NCBI GenBank assembly: GCA_951406725.2
Contig: OX597837.1
Location: 23,870,001 to 23,934,000, forward strand
Length of the DNA stretch: 64,000 nt
DNA from: Octopus vulgaris
Lineage: Eukaryota
Direction: 5' to 3'
In this document: piece after piece, positions 24,741 through 38,100 of the stretch
Numbering within the stretch: position 1 is the first letter of the stretch
Layout: each line of letters begins with the position of its first letter
Translations under genes and position numbers: made by a program
The notes under the pieces: generated by a model
What the model saw: only the letters and a program-made list of their open reading frames with translations
Databases searched by the model: none
Told to the model about the DNA's origin: nothing

Positions 24741-24971
24741 GAGGTAATACTTATCCCCGCTTAAACCTGGATGTTCTGTTAGAACAAGCTATACTGCAGT
24801 AGATACCATGAGAGATACTCTCCTATAGGCTTTTGGTGCAAATTGCACACTTGTTTAATGCATTCTTGCATTTTACACCAAAAAGCCAGTATGAGAATTT
24901 CTCTCGTATCTACTGCAGAATAATTTGTTCTAAAAGAACATCTACATTTAAGTGGGGATAAATATTTCCTC
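24741..24971. repeat. Fold-back element: ~105-bp imperfect inverted arms, ~20-nt loop
   Basis: gaggtaatacttatccccgcttaaa...ggtgcaaattgca pairs with tgcattttacacc...tttaagtggggataaatatttcctc. Confidence 0.85.
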
Positions 24972-25300
24972 TCACCATTAGGGTGTTGGATTCATTATCA
25001 CAACATTGTGGATTTGATTTTTGGACTGGGTAGGGTGAGGACTTAGTACCCTTGAACAAGGTACATAATTTTACAGTGCTCCAGTTAACTCAACTGAAAA
25101 TTACTGCTAGCTTTATGCTGGTATAGACCTCCCTCCTGTTAGATGTCTCACCCTTGAAGTGTAGAAGGGCCAAGAGCATGACTACATCCGCTCGTGACCA
25201 CATAGTCACCTATAACAACTAGCAAAAGTGTGGTGCAAGCTGACAAATCATAACTCACTTGCAGGTGATGCCTAAGCCTTTTCAAATCTCCCTCTCTCTT

Positions 25301-25380
<80 letters not shown>

Positions 25381-25402
25381 TACAATTTATATCATCATCA
25401 TC

Positions 25403-25723
25403 AAAGGCAGTGATCTGGCAGAATTGTTAGCACCCTGAATAAAATGCTTAGAAGCATCTCATCCATCTCTATGTTCTGAATTCAAATTTCATCAAGGCTT
25501 ACTTTACCTTTCATCTTTTCAGGGTCGATTAAATAAGTACCAGTTACGCACTGGGGTCGATGTAATCGACTTAATCCCTTTGTCTGTCCTTGTTTGTCCC
25601 CTCTATGTTTAGCCCCTTGTGGGCAATAAAGAAATAAGAATTTGAACTCAGAACATAAAGACAGATGAAATACTGCTAAGCATTTTGCCCAGCATGCTAA
25701 CAATTCCGCCAGCTTGCCACCTT
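25403..25723. mobile_element. SINE family B (+) fused to an inverted family B head (-)
   Basis: + copy 25403-25638, then aatttgaactcagaac...gccagcttgccacctt. Confidence 0.75.
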
Positions 25724-25734
25724 ATGACCATAAC

Positions 25735-26132
25735 TCTATTAGGAATGGATGGAAGCACTCCATCGGTTACGACGATGAGGGTTCCGGTTGATCCAAATCA
25801 ACAGAACAGCCTGCTCGTGAAATTAACGTGTAAGTGGCTGAGCACTCCACAGACACGTGCACCTTTAACGTAGTTCTCGGTGATATTCAGCGTGACACAG
25901 AGAGTGACAAGGCCGGCCCCTTGAAATACAGGCACAACAGAAACAGGAAGTAAGAGTGAGAGAAAGTTGTGGTGAAAGAGTACAGCAGGGATCACCACCA
26001 TCCCCTGCCGGAGCCTCGTGGAGCTTTTAGGTGTTTTCGCTCAATAAACACTCACAACGCCCGGTCTGGGAATCGAAACCGCGATCCTACAACCGCGAGT
26101 CCGCTGCCCTAACCACTGGGCCATTGCGCATC
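25735..26132 (-). mobile_element. tRNA-derived SINE family E, young full-length copy
   Basis: - strand head tggcccagtggttagggcagcggactcgcgg...ggtttcgattccc (A and B boxes), CpG-rich; diverged relatives at 48513-48840 and 30080-30175. Confidence 0.8.
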
Positions 26133-26275
26133 CACAGACTATTAGGAATAAATACCATTACAATCATTTACAACTACCACACAATGCCAAGACAAGGAAG
26201 TAAACAATTATACACATACACACACATGCACACACATGGATCCCTATTTCATTAGTTTTTTTCTTTGTTTTTCAG

Positions 26276-26336
26276 CCTGTACCTTGCGGGTCTCACCACT
26301 GGGGTTTTCACAACCTGGGGCATGTTCTATAGAAAT
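26276..26336 (+). CDS. CPOX: Second coding exon (61 nt) of probable CPOX: (R)LYLAGLTTGVFTTWGMFYRN, hydrophobic sorting-signal-like segment
   Basis: Strong acceptor tttttttctttgtttttcag and donor AAT|gtaagt; phase 2 in, phase 0 out, joining both neighbouring exons in frame. Confidence 0.7.
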
Positions 26337-26944
26337 GTAAGTATCTCAGACTAAATAATCTCTCTTTTATAAAATTGATTTGTAAATAAACTCTTTTGAA
26401 CATTTTCACCATCATCATCATTACCATCGTTATTGCCACCACCACCACCACCACCACTACCGTTATCTTTACTATCATTATCAGCAGCAGTGCCACCATC
26501 ATTGTCATTATGAGCCAAAAGAATGGGGAGGCTGTTGCTAGAAAAAGCAGTCAAATCTCCCCTGAATTGCACACTGCCATTAAAAAAAAATGATACATTG
26601 TACTGCATTGTCTAAAGTTCGTTTTTCATGGGAAAAAATTGGGATGGTCACAGATGGAACGCTTTTGATCATGGCTCTACTTGATCAGAACATCATGATC
26701 ATTCATTATCATCATGCTTTTGCTGCTGCTGCTACTGCTGCTGTTGTTGTTGTTGTTAAGCAACAAGACAGGTAAGGGTGATTAGGTGATGGTCTAGGGC
26801 TTAGGGGGTGGGAGACCACAGACCTTGGAAAAAAACTTTGGTTGTCTTGTTGTAGTCGAGGGTTCTTCATTGATGGCCAACACCACTGGGAGGTGGCCCT
26901 TGAAGTCGCTGGAAATGGAGTTCTCCAGGTCCAAATTCTTAAAC

Positions 26945-26958
26945 GGCTGCTGCTGTTG

Positions 26959-26989
<31 letters not shown>

Positions 26990-26995
26990 TTATTC

Positions 26996-27059
<64 letters not shown>

Positions 27060-27075
27060 TACTACTACTACTATA
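26945..27075. repeat. (CTG)(CTT)(TTA)(CTA) compound trinucleotide tract
   Basis: Directly visible. Confidence 0.95.
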
Positions 27076-27206
27076 ATGTATTAACCATTTATTCAATAAT
27101 ACACCAGATTTCTGTGTCTCACTACATCATTCTCTGATCCATGCCCGAATAACTATATCTTCCCACCCCTGTCATCTATCACTCTCCTTCTGCTGCTGCT
27201 CTTGTC

Positions 27207-27690
27207 ACCAACATGCGGTACCACCAATAGTTCTTTCACTAATAGTGACACCACTGCTAGTCCTCTTACCAACTATTAGTGATACCACTTAATAGGTCTT
27301 TCATTGACATGTAGTACCACTGATAGTCCACTCACCAACATGTAGTACTACTAATAAGCATTTCACTGACATGTGGTCCCACTCCTAGTCTTCTTACTAA
27401 CATGTGGTACCACTACTGGCTCTTTCACTGACATGTAGCACCACTGATAGTCTACTCACCAACATGTAGTATCACTAATAGGTCTTTCACTGACATGTGG
27501 TACCACTAATTGGTCTTTCACCAATGTGGCTACTACTGATAGGCCACTCATCAACATGTGGTACCACTAACAGTTTTTTGACAGACATGTGGTATCACTG
27601 ATAATCCACTCACCAACATGTGATACCACTAATAGTCCTCTTATGAAACTTATAGCATCACTGATAATCCTCTAACCAATATGCGATACC
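27207..27690. repeat. 31-bp minisatellite, about 15 diverged units
   Basis: Units acatgtggtaccactaataggtctttcactg and acatgtagtaccactgatagtccactcacca. Confidence 0.85.
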
Positions 27691-28514
27691 ACAGAGACTG
27701 ATGTTGATCTCAGCTAGGCCAAGGTATGGTATAACATGCAGATATCATACAGGCCATACCTAGTTATTCAGCTAGACTACTTGTATGCTATAAGTCGGCT
27801 TTATAAGAGATCACCTTGAGTTACATAGCTGCAATAACAACAACAATAACTAAAGAATCTTTCCATGGTCTTTGTTTGCCACTGCATGGATTGGATACAG
27901 GAAGAATTTAGTATCTTGTTCACGAGCACAGAATGACAATGGTCTTTCTTATTAAAAAATGGATAACTTTCATAAAGAATTTTATCTTATGATTTACATT
28001 AAATTTTTATATAAATTCTGGATGAAATATAAAATAAGACAAAAATTACCAAAAAAAAAAAAAAACGGAAAGGAAAGGAAGAAGAAAAAAAACACTCTTA
28101 GTTCTTTGTAAATAAATGGCTTATTCCATGAAAGATGAAACATTGTTAAATTTTGTATCCAAAAATTCAATTGCCAAAAATTCTATAGTTCCACTCCAAA
28201 AACTAAACTGAATATATGAAAGAGCTTTTGAACTCCTCTACAAAAGAGTTTATTATTTTTTTCCCCTTTGCATACAGCATTGTGTATGTGTGTGTGAACA
28301 TTTCATAAACTAATTCTAGGGAATGATAAATTGGCTTGAAAGCAGATATGTATGGTGGTGTATTTAGTGGTGGTGATGGTGGTGTGGTTGTGGTGGTAGT
28401 GTTGGTATTGGATGGTTTTGGTTAATACTCTTCGAGACTCTCTCATCCACTCCTTTTCCAATTTTGCTTCAAAAGTTATCAACAATGTATAATGTAAACA
28501 TTATTATCATTATA

Positions 28515-28611
28515 TATATAGATAGATAGATGGATAGACAGACAGACAGACAGATAGATAGATGATAGATAGATAGATAGATAGATGTTAGATAGATAGA
28601 TAGATAGAGAC

Positions 28612-28642
<31 letters not shown>

Positions 28643-28667
28643 TAGATAGATGGACAGATAGATAGAT

Positions 28668-28713
<46 letters not shown>

Positions 28714-28780
28714 TAGATGGACAGATAGATAGATGATAGATAGATAGAGGATAGATAGATAGATAGATAGATAGATAGAG

Positions 28781-28818
<38 letters not shown>

Positions 28819-28831
28819 TAGATAGATAGAT

Positions 28832-28865
<34 letters not shown>

Positions 28866-28910
28866 TAGATAGATAGATAGAGGATAGATAGATAGATATA
28901 CATAGATATA
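28515..28910. repeat. (GATA/GACA)n microsatellite
   Basis: Directly visible. Confidence 0.95.
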
Positions 28911-29165
28911 GCAAGAAGCAGAAGGCATAAGAAGTGAACATAGATTTATTGCTTCATATGACTTCTGTATGATTACAGCTGTTTTGTAACCGTTTACTGT
29001 GAAAGCCACATGATTTTCCGAATCCTTATTTTATACTGCTCTTATGTTCACTTGGAGGATACATTTTCTGCACCTCAACACCACCACCCTGGCCCTGTCC
29101 TAATTACCTTTCTTTTGGGTACCACTCCAGCCTTTCCCATTCAACCATATATAAAATGCAAAATA

Positions 29166-29380
29166 TATTTCTTTATTACCCACAAGGGGCTAAACATAGA
29201 GGGGACAAACAAGGACAAAGTATTAAGTCAATTATATCGACCCCAGTGTGTAACTGGTACTTAATTTATCGACCCCGAAAGGATGAAAGGCAAAGTCGAC
29301 CTCGGCGGAATTTGAACTCAGAACGTAACGGCAGACAAAATACGGCTACGCATTTCGCCCGGTGTGCTAACGTTTCTGCC
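29166..29380 (-). mobile_element. SINE family B
   Basis: Match to the family consensus. Confidence 0.85.
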
Positions 29381-29830
29381 ACAAAATAGCCATGAGTCTC
29401 CTCTAATTGATATACAATGCTGAGTTCTGAATGTTAGTGCTCCATGCTTGTATTTTATATTAAATATACTCCTCTGTTTCCAATGATATTGAGTTTTACT
29501 TCCTTTGTTGTTGCATACATGGTTTTTTGGTATGTATGTTTGTGTGTCTGTGTTTCCCCTCCCCCCCCCACCACCACCATCACTTGACAACCAATGTTGG
29601 TGTGTTTACATCCCCAAAAGTTAGCGGTTTCGCAAAAAGAGACCAATAGAATAAGTACAAGACTTACAAAGAATAAGTCTTGGGGTCGATTTGTTCGATG
29701 AAAGGCAGTGCTCCAGCATGGCTGCAGTCAAATAACGGAAACAAATAAAAAAAATAAGAGAATATATATATATACTTTATTGATAAATCATATTACTCTA
29801 TATATATATATATATATTTATGTGTGTGTG

Positions 29831-29862
<32 letters not shown>

Positions 29863-30042
29863 CCCCAGCATGGCCACAGCTCATGAGCTGAAACTAGAAT
29901 CAATCAATCAATCAATGTATATGTATGTATAGATATATATATATATATGTATGTATAGATATATATATATGTATATGTATGTATAGATATATATGCATAT
30001 GTATGTATAGATATATATGTATATGTATGTATAGATATACAG

Positions 30043-30079
<37 letters not shown>

Positions 30080-30425
30080 TCACTCATAAACACACATATC
30101 ACCTGGTCTGAGATTCGAACCCGCAATCCCTCAACTACAAGTCTGCTTCTCTGACCACTAGACCATGTGCCTCCATAGCAATGATAATAAATCAAAACAA
30201 AATTTCTAGCTTCATTTCCTACCACTTCCATTTCCTACCACATTAACTTAACTACTTTTGGGTAAATGTCGTCTACAATAATTCTGGGGTGACCAAAACC
30301 TTGTGAGTGGATTTAGCAGATGGAAACTGAAAGAAGCCCATTGTGTATTTTTTCTACCTATCTATCTATCTATCTGTCTATCTATGTCTGTTTATCTATG
30401 CATGTTTGTGTGTTAGTGTTTGTAT

Positions 30426-30850
30426 ACTCTTTACTCTTACTCTTTTACTTGTTTCAGTCATTTGACTGCTGCCATGCTGGAGCACCGCCTTTAGTCGAGC
30501 AAATTGACCCCAGGACTTATTCTTTGTAAGCCCAGTACTTATTCTATCAGTCTCTTTTGCCGAACCGCTAAGTTACGGGGACGTAAACACACCAGCATCG
30601 GTTATCAAGCGATGTTGGGGGGACAAACACAGACACGCAAACATACACACACACACACATATATATACATATATACACATATATACGACAGGCTTCTTTC
30701 AATTTCCGTCTACCAAATCCACTCACAAGGCTTTGGTCAGCCCAAGGCTATAGTAGAAGACACTTGCCCGAGGTGCCACGCAATGGGACGGAACCCGGAA
30801 CCATGTGGTTGGTAAGCAAGCTACTTACCACACAGCCACTCCTATGCCTA
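30426..30850 (-). mobile_element. SINE family A
   Basis: Full-length match to the family consensus. Confidence 0.9.
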
Positions 30851-31107
30851 TGTTCGTATGTTCGTATCCCTTTGCCTTGACATCACATAATAGTTGTAAA
30901 ATGATTGTCACTGTCATACAAACAGTGTCATTGACTTCCAGTATTCTGCGAGAACATGTCCGAGTGTTGCCATGCTTGGAAACCGGTGAGGATTAGCAAC
31001 AGTAAGAGCATCCAGCTGTAGAAAGTTTCTCTCTATTAATTTTGACTGACCCATGCAAACATGGGAAAGTGGACATTTAAAAAAAACCGTGATTGAACTG
31101 GAATATC

Positions 31108-31660
31108 ATCACCACTATTCCTGCTAGCACCTACCACCAATCACTGTCTCTAACACTACCACCATCACTACCACTACCACCACGACTATCACCACCTCCA
31201 CCACCACCACTATCACTTCCACTACCACCATTACTATCACCACCACATCACTACCACTACCACCATCACCACCACCACTATCACTACCACTACCACCATG
31301 ACTATCACCACCACCACTATCACTACTATCACCACTACTGCCACCACCATCACTATCACTATCACCACCACCACTACTGCTACCACCACCATTACTAACA
31401 CCACCACCACTACAATCCTCTCCTTTCCACCAACATATCACCCTACCAACACATCACCTCACCAACACTACCATTGCTATTGCCTATACCATTGCCTATA
31501 CCACAACCACCACTACCACTATCACTACTCTAACTACCACCACAACCACTATCTCCAGTGACCACAGTAACAACCATCCCAGCCACCACCACTGCCATCA
31601 TCATCACAAACATCACCACTACTACCACCAACACCACCATCATCATCATCATCATTGTCA
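31108..31660. repeat. (CAC/TAC/CAT)n low-complexity tract
   Basis: Directly visible. Confidence 0.9.
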
Positions 31661-32379
31661 TCCATTCATGTATCTTAAAACTCTCTCTGCTTCACTGATT
31701 CATTGCCGTAAGTTGGGTGAGTTTAAAGACATTATCAGGAAACCGTTGTTTGGAATCATAAAAGACTCACACTCTCTTTCTCTCTTCAATGATGCTGTTC
31801 GTTAATAAATCTAAAGAAAGACAAAAGTCTCTCCATAATGATGTCTCATTAATAAACTGAGCAAAAGAACAACAGTCCTTCTCTTTTCTCTCTCTCTCTC
31901 TCTCTTTCCCCTCTTTCCTTCCCTGCTTCTTCTCTCTTAAATGATGTCGTTCGTTAATAAACTGAGTGAAAGTAACAAACCATGTTTTAATTAACACATT
32001 TCTACGACGATCAAGTAGAAAAACTTTATCGCAACCAAGGCTGATTTCTTAATTAAATCTCATAGTTTGCATGATTCCGTGTGTTTTGTGTACGCATATG
32101 TGTGCATGTTTGTGTGCATGTAGGTAGGTATGCATGCATGTTGATTGCACTGTGTGTGAAGAGAATGTGTTTGTCCATGTGTATTGTGCGTGTCTGTGTG
32201 TATCACATATGTTTGTATTTGTGTATTATTTGCTGCATGCATGCGTGTTATGTGTGTTGTATGAGTGATTCTTTGTGTTTGCTTTGTATATATTTTTGCA
32301 TGCATGTTGTGCTGTCCTGGCTCAACCCTGAACAAGTAGTCCTGGGGCATGCAATTGTTTTGCACTTTCACGGAAACGA

Positions 32380-33306
32380 TAATTTCAAAATTTTGGCACA
32401 AGGCCAGCAATTTCAGGGGAGTGGCTAAATCGATTTACATCAACCGCCCCTACCCCCAAGTGCTGAACTGGTATTTATTTTACCGACCTCCAAAAGGATG
32501 AAAGGCAGAATTGACCCTGACGGAATTTAAACTTAGAATGTAAAGATGGACAAAAAGCTGCTAAGCATTTTGCTCAGCATTCTAATAATTCTTATTTCTT
32601 TATTGCCCACAATGGGCTAAACATAGAAGGGACAAACAAGGACAGACAAAGAACGTAAAAGCAGATGAAATACCTATTTCTTTACTACCCACAAGGGGCT
32701 AAACACAGAGAGGACAAACAAGGACAGACAAACAGATTAAGTCGATTATATCGACCCCAGTGCATAACTGGTACTTAATTTATCGACCCCGAAAGGATGA
32801 AAGGCAAAATCGACCTCGGCGGAATTTGAACTCAGAATGTAATGGCAGATGAAATACCGCTTAGCATTTCACCCAGCATGCTAACATTTCTTATTTATTT
32901 ATTGCTCACAAGGGGCTAAACATAGGGGGGACAAACAAGGACAGACAAAGAACGTAAAAGCAGATGAAATACCTATTTCTTTACTACCCACAAGAGGCTA
33001 AACACAGAGAGGACAGACAAACGGATTAAGTCGATTATATCGACCCCAGTGCATAACTGGTACTTAATTTATCGACCCCGAAAGGATGAAAGGCAAAGTC
33101 GACCTCAGCGGAATTTGAACTCAGAACGTAGCAGCAGATGAGATACCACTAAGCATTTCACCCGGCGTGCTAACATTTCTTATTTATTTATTGCCCACAA
33201 GGGGCTAAACATAGAGGGGACAAACAAGGACAGACAAAAAACATAAAAGCAGGCGAAATACTGCTAAGCATTTTGCCCGGCTAATAATTCTGCCAGCTTG
33301 CCACCT
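32380..33306 (-). mobile_element. Head-to-tail multimer of SINE family B (~300-bp period)
   Basis: Blocks starting near 32590, 32890 and 33180 repeat with the same junctions. Confidence 0.85.
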
Positions 33307-33655
33307 TGCATTTTTCACTGAAAATAATGAGGTGTGATCCACAGATCCATGTTCATATTTATACTGTGTCACCATTTGTTTGAGAACCGTAGTGCACACT
33401 CTGGCTGAGTGAATTGTTTGCAGTGCAGGGTGACAAGCTGGGGATTTGGTACTCTCTCCATAATCCAGTCTATTTCTGTACAGCTGTAGACTGTGACAGT
33501 GGTCAAAGCAGAACAGGACTTGGTCAGAATCAACAGTTGCTTTTTCCTCTACTCGTCCCAGTCCAGTGATTGAGATTAACGAGGTTATTGCTGTTGTAAT
33601 TATTCTATTTGTCTGTGTGCTCTTTAGGTTTGTCTGAGCTGAATGAGAAAGTTAT

Positions 33656-34042
33656 TACTCTCTCTTTTACTCTTTTCAGTCATGTGACTGTGGCCATGCT
33701 GGAGCACCGCCTTTAGTCGATCAAATCGACCCCAGGACTTATTCTTTGTAAGCCTAGTACTTATTTTATCAGTCTCTTTTTTGCCAAACCACTAAGTTAC
33801 GGGGACATAAACACACCAGCATCGGTTGTCAAGCGATGTTGGGGGGACAAACACAGACACGCAAACATGCACATACATATATATATATACATATATACGA
33901 TGGGCTTCTTTCAGTTTCCGTCTACCAAATCCACTCACAAGGCTTTGGTCGGCCCGAGGCTATAGTAGAAGATACTTACCCAAGGTGCCACGCAGTGGGA
34001 CTGAACCCGGAACCATGTTGTTCATAAGCAAGCTACTTACCA
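33656..34042 (-). mobile_element. SINE family A
   Basis: Near full-length match. Confidence 0.9.
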
Positions 34043-34329
34043 TCTAAGCTGTTGTAGTTGTAGTGTTCACTACACCGTAGCCAGTCCGTAACCAGGTTGA
34101 AAGAGGAGCAGGGTGGTAGTCATAGTTAACAGCTTTGCACTATAAATTTTCTCCATTTCTACAGAAACACCAACAAGAGAACATATCAAACCAGTCTGGT
34201 AAGAGAAGTTTGTCTTTAGAGGCTGCATATGACACCTGGCGACATCTACAATCCATTGAGACAGATAGAGATCTCTTGTTGGCACTGTGTGGCCTATGTG
34301 CAATCAAGAGAATTTAGATGTTGGCAGCA

Positions 34330-34620
34330 GTAGTGTTCTGGGATGTCGTAGGTGTATCTGAGTATCTGGATGAAGTTTGGGACCAGACCAAGGTGGTGGC
34401 TGCCATCAGTTGGTTTCCAACATCGACAAGCTAAAACCATCTTGAAGGAGATCCAAGCAACAGTTGAAAGAGCCGACCATTGTATATGGCTGAAAAGGAA
34501 TGATGACACCTGGCCAAAGAGTTGATGATCCCAAAATGGTCAGTCAAAACAACAGGTGAGGGCCTCACATCAGCAATGGGGGTTAATGCACTGTAGAGCC
34601 ATCAAGAGAAAGGCCCTGAA
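34330..34620 (+). mobile_element. Decayed non-LTR retrotransposon C-terminus, HERO/RLE-like
   Basis: GFQHRQAKTILKEIQATVERADHCIWLKRNDDTWPKS* resembles the terminal AExASxWxWLKR..W motif of HERO-clade elements (from memory). Confidence 0.5.
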
Positions 34621-34624
34621 ACAG

Positions 34625-34796
34625 TGCGCAGGAGTGGCTGTGTGGTAAGTAGCTTGTTTACCAACCACATGGTTCCAGGTTCAGTCCCACTGTGTGGCAC
34701 CTTGGGCAAGTGTCTTCTACTATAGCCTCGGGCCAACCAAAGCCTTGTGAGTGGATTTGGTAGACGGAAACTGAAAAGAAGCCCGTCGTATATATG

Positions 34797-34829
<33 letters not shown>

Positions 34830-35046
34830 TTGTGTGTCTGTGTTTGTCCCCCTAGCATTACTTGACAACCGATGCTGGTGTGTTTACGTTCCTGTCACTT
34901 AGCGGTTCGGCAAAAGAGACCGATAGAATAAGTACTGGGCTTACAAAAAGAATAAGTCCCGGGATCGAGTTGCTCGATTAAAGGCGGTGCTCCAGCATGG
35001 CCGCAGTCAAATGACTGAAACAAGTAAAAGAGTAAAAGTAAAGAGA
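34625..35046 (+). mobile_element. SINE family A
   Basis: Full-length match to the family consensus. Confidence 0.9.
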
Positions 35047-35537
35047 GTGCACATTCTCTCTTGATGACCCCTGAAACCTGTAGTAGCAAACTGATTCCAC
35101 ATCTCTGTAACAATAGGAATTGTGGAACTGACACTTGTAGCAACAGACTATGTCTCTTGCAAGTAGAGATGGTCCTTTATTTTTAGTATTTTTGCTCCTG
35201 TGGCAGGCAGTCTGTGCACAACCTGTTATGATGGGTTCTATACTATTTTATATTCATTCTTTGTCATTTATTGTGCCTTGTGGCAAAATTAGGGACCCTG
35301 GTATGACTAGTGTAGTTCATGAGGGATATAATATTAGCATTCATAATGTCATTTGGTGCCTTCAAATATTTAATCTAGTATTTAGTAGATATGCTTTGTG
35401 CAGTTTTTAATTATTTAACCCACTTGGGCCTTGTACTAATAAGAATAGTGTCTGCACAGATAAAATGATATAATGAGGATGTGACTATTTACTTTTCAAA
35501 TGTCTGTGTATGTGTAGAACATCTGTGTGTATGTATG

Positions 35538-35577
<40 letters not shown>

Positions 35578-35609
35578 CATATATATATATATTTATATGT
35601 GTGTATGTA

Positions 35610-35640
<31 letters not shown>

Positions 35641-35687
35641 TCATGTGTGTGTATGTATATGTATGTATGTGTATATATATATATGTA

Positions 35688-35733
<46 letters not shown>

Positions 35734-36274
35734 CACACAAAAAATGATCAAAGTCTACACTGTCTAGAAAATTCTTATTTATTCCAGTTTTAATGTGTTT
35801 TTAGCAAAATAGGTTTTCGACTTATTTCATAAGTGAAGATTTCAACTTAACGATTTAATCACAACATTAATTTTTATTTATTGTGCTATAGTTATCTTAC
35901 TCTGCAAGATAGCATTTTTAATGTCCCTCTCTTTATACTTCAGCATAACTATAGAAGTGTGTTCTTGAGCAAAAAATAAATAATTGCTCAAAAAAAAAAT
36001 AACTCAAGAGTAACAATTGTAGGCAAACTATTGGACAGAATCACAAAAAAATAAAATCCAAGGGAATAATAATAAATAGGCCTGTCTTTCAACCACCATA
36101 TCTGTTCACCCGAATCGCTACTTTCCTCATCATTTTCACTAATTTCATTGCCCAAATCATTCTCGTTGCTGGCATAAATTTCAGCTCTTCATCTAAAGGA
36201 TAAATCATTTATGATTTCCTCATCTGCATAGTCTAGGCCTTGCTTCCTTTCAAGATAGAGTGCTGGGTTCATCA

Positions 36275-36815
36275 CATTGCCAGCCTCCTCTGGCCCTTGT
36301 GCCAGTGGTACATAAAAGCACCCACTACACTCACAGAGTGGTTGGTGTTAGGAAGGGCATCCAGCTGTAGAAACACTGCCAGATCAGACTGGGCCTGGTG
36401 CAGCCTCCTGGCTTCCCAGACATCGGTCAAACCGTCCAACCCATGCTAGCATGGAAAACAGACATTAAACGATGATGATATATATATATATATATATAAA
36501 TATATCATTATCATCATTTAATCTCCATTGTCCATGCTGGCATTGGTTGGATGGTTTGACTGGGCTGGCATGCTGGAAGCTTGCACCAGACTCCAGTCTG
36601 ATTTGGCATGGTTTTCTATGGCTGGATGCCCTTTCTAATGCCAACCACTCTGAGAGTGTAATGGGTGCTTTTTGAGTAACACAGGGCTGTGTTTATGTGG
36701 CATGGGGGCCAATTTGCGTGACATTGGTATCTGCTACGACTGCAATTTTGCTTGGCTTGATGGATCTTCTCAAGCACAACAATGTCAAAGGTCTCAGTCA
36801 TTGCCTCCATTAGGG
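36275..36815. mobile_element. Tail-to-tail pair of RTE 3' UTR fragments around (TA)n
   Basis: + copy 36275-36480; - copy 36505-36815. Confidence 0.75.
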
Positions 36816-38100
36816 CCAATACTCATGTATGTATGTGTATATATATATTTATATATATATATATGTATGTATGTATATACATACATAGGTATTTGTGAGA
36901 ATCTATGATGTATTCATGTCGTTATGTTTGTCTCTCATCACTGCTTGATGACCAGTATTGGTTTGTTTACATTCATATAACTTAACTGTTTGGCAAAAGA
37001 GACTGGTAGAATAAGTATGAAGTCAAAAAATTAATAAGTACTGGGTATGATTGGTTCAAATAAAAACCTTTCAAAGCGGTGCCGTAGCATGGCCACAATC
37101 CAATGACCGACTGAAACAAGTAAAACAAGACAACATACAGACACACACACACCTATACACACACACATATGCACATAATTTTCTTTCTATTTTTGTCTTC
37201 AGTCACACAGAAGCACACACCTATTAACATGCGCACATACACTCACATAAAATCACACACACACACACATGTACATATGCATGTATGTATGTGTGATTTG
37301 ACCAGTATATGGGAACATTTACATATGAAGAGATTGTTTGCAGTGAAAGAATGTCTGACCTGTCATTGTCTACCAATGAAAGATTTTGGCCCACAATTTC
37401 TGTAGATTACTGATTTATTCATACAGACAAAAGAAATTCATAAGATCTTTACTTTACAATCTCGACATTTATTTATTCTGTTGAATAATAATTCTTATCT
37501 GACCAGAACTGTCCTGTTTGTTAATCTTGCTGTCCGATTTCAATGTTGAGTTCTTCCAAGTAGGCACAGCGCCAATGTTTGCATGAAAAGTGTTACATTT
37601 GATTAAACTGGGCCCAAGAATATTAAACAATAGGTCTGTGTAGGGAGGACAAGGGTCTAACTTGTCCAGTTGGCATGAGTTTACTATTCTGAAGGAACCT
37701 TTTCCTGCCAATTACAAGTAAAAAGAGGATCCTTTAGCAAAGAATTACCATTGTGATAAATCATTCTGTCTTTTGTATTCTGTCCTATTAACATCTATGT
37801 ATATCATGTATTCAACACACACCACACACCTACATACAATATGTATATGGCGTGCTTTTTTATCTCTTGTTTCAGTCGTTAGACTACAGCCATACTGGGG
37901 CACCGCTTTGAAGAATCTTTAGCCGAATGAATTGACTCATGTACTTTTTATCTTTAAGTCTGGTATTTATAATATCGGTCTCTTTTGCCAAACCACTAAG
38001 CTACGGGGACATAGACACACCAATATCAGTTGTCAAGCAGTAGTGGGCGACAAACACAGACAAAAGACACACCAACACAGATACATATTTATATATATAT

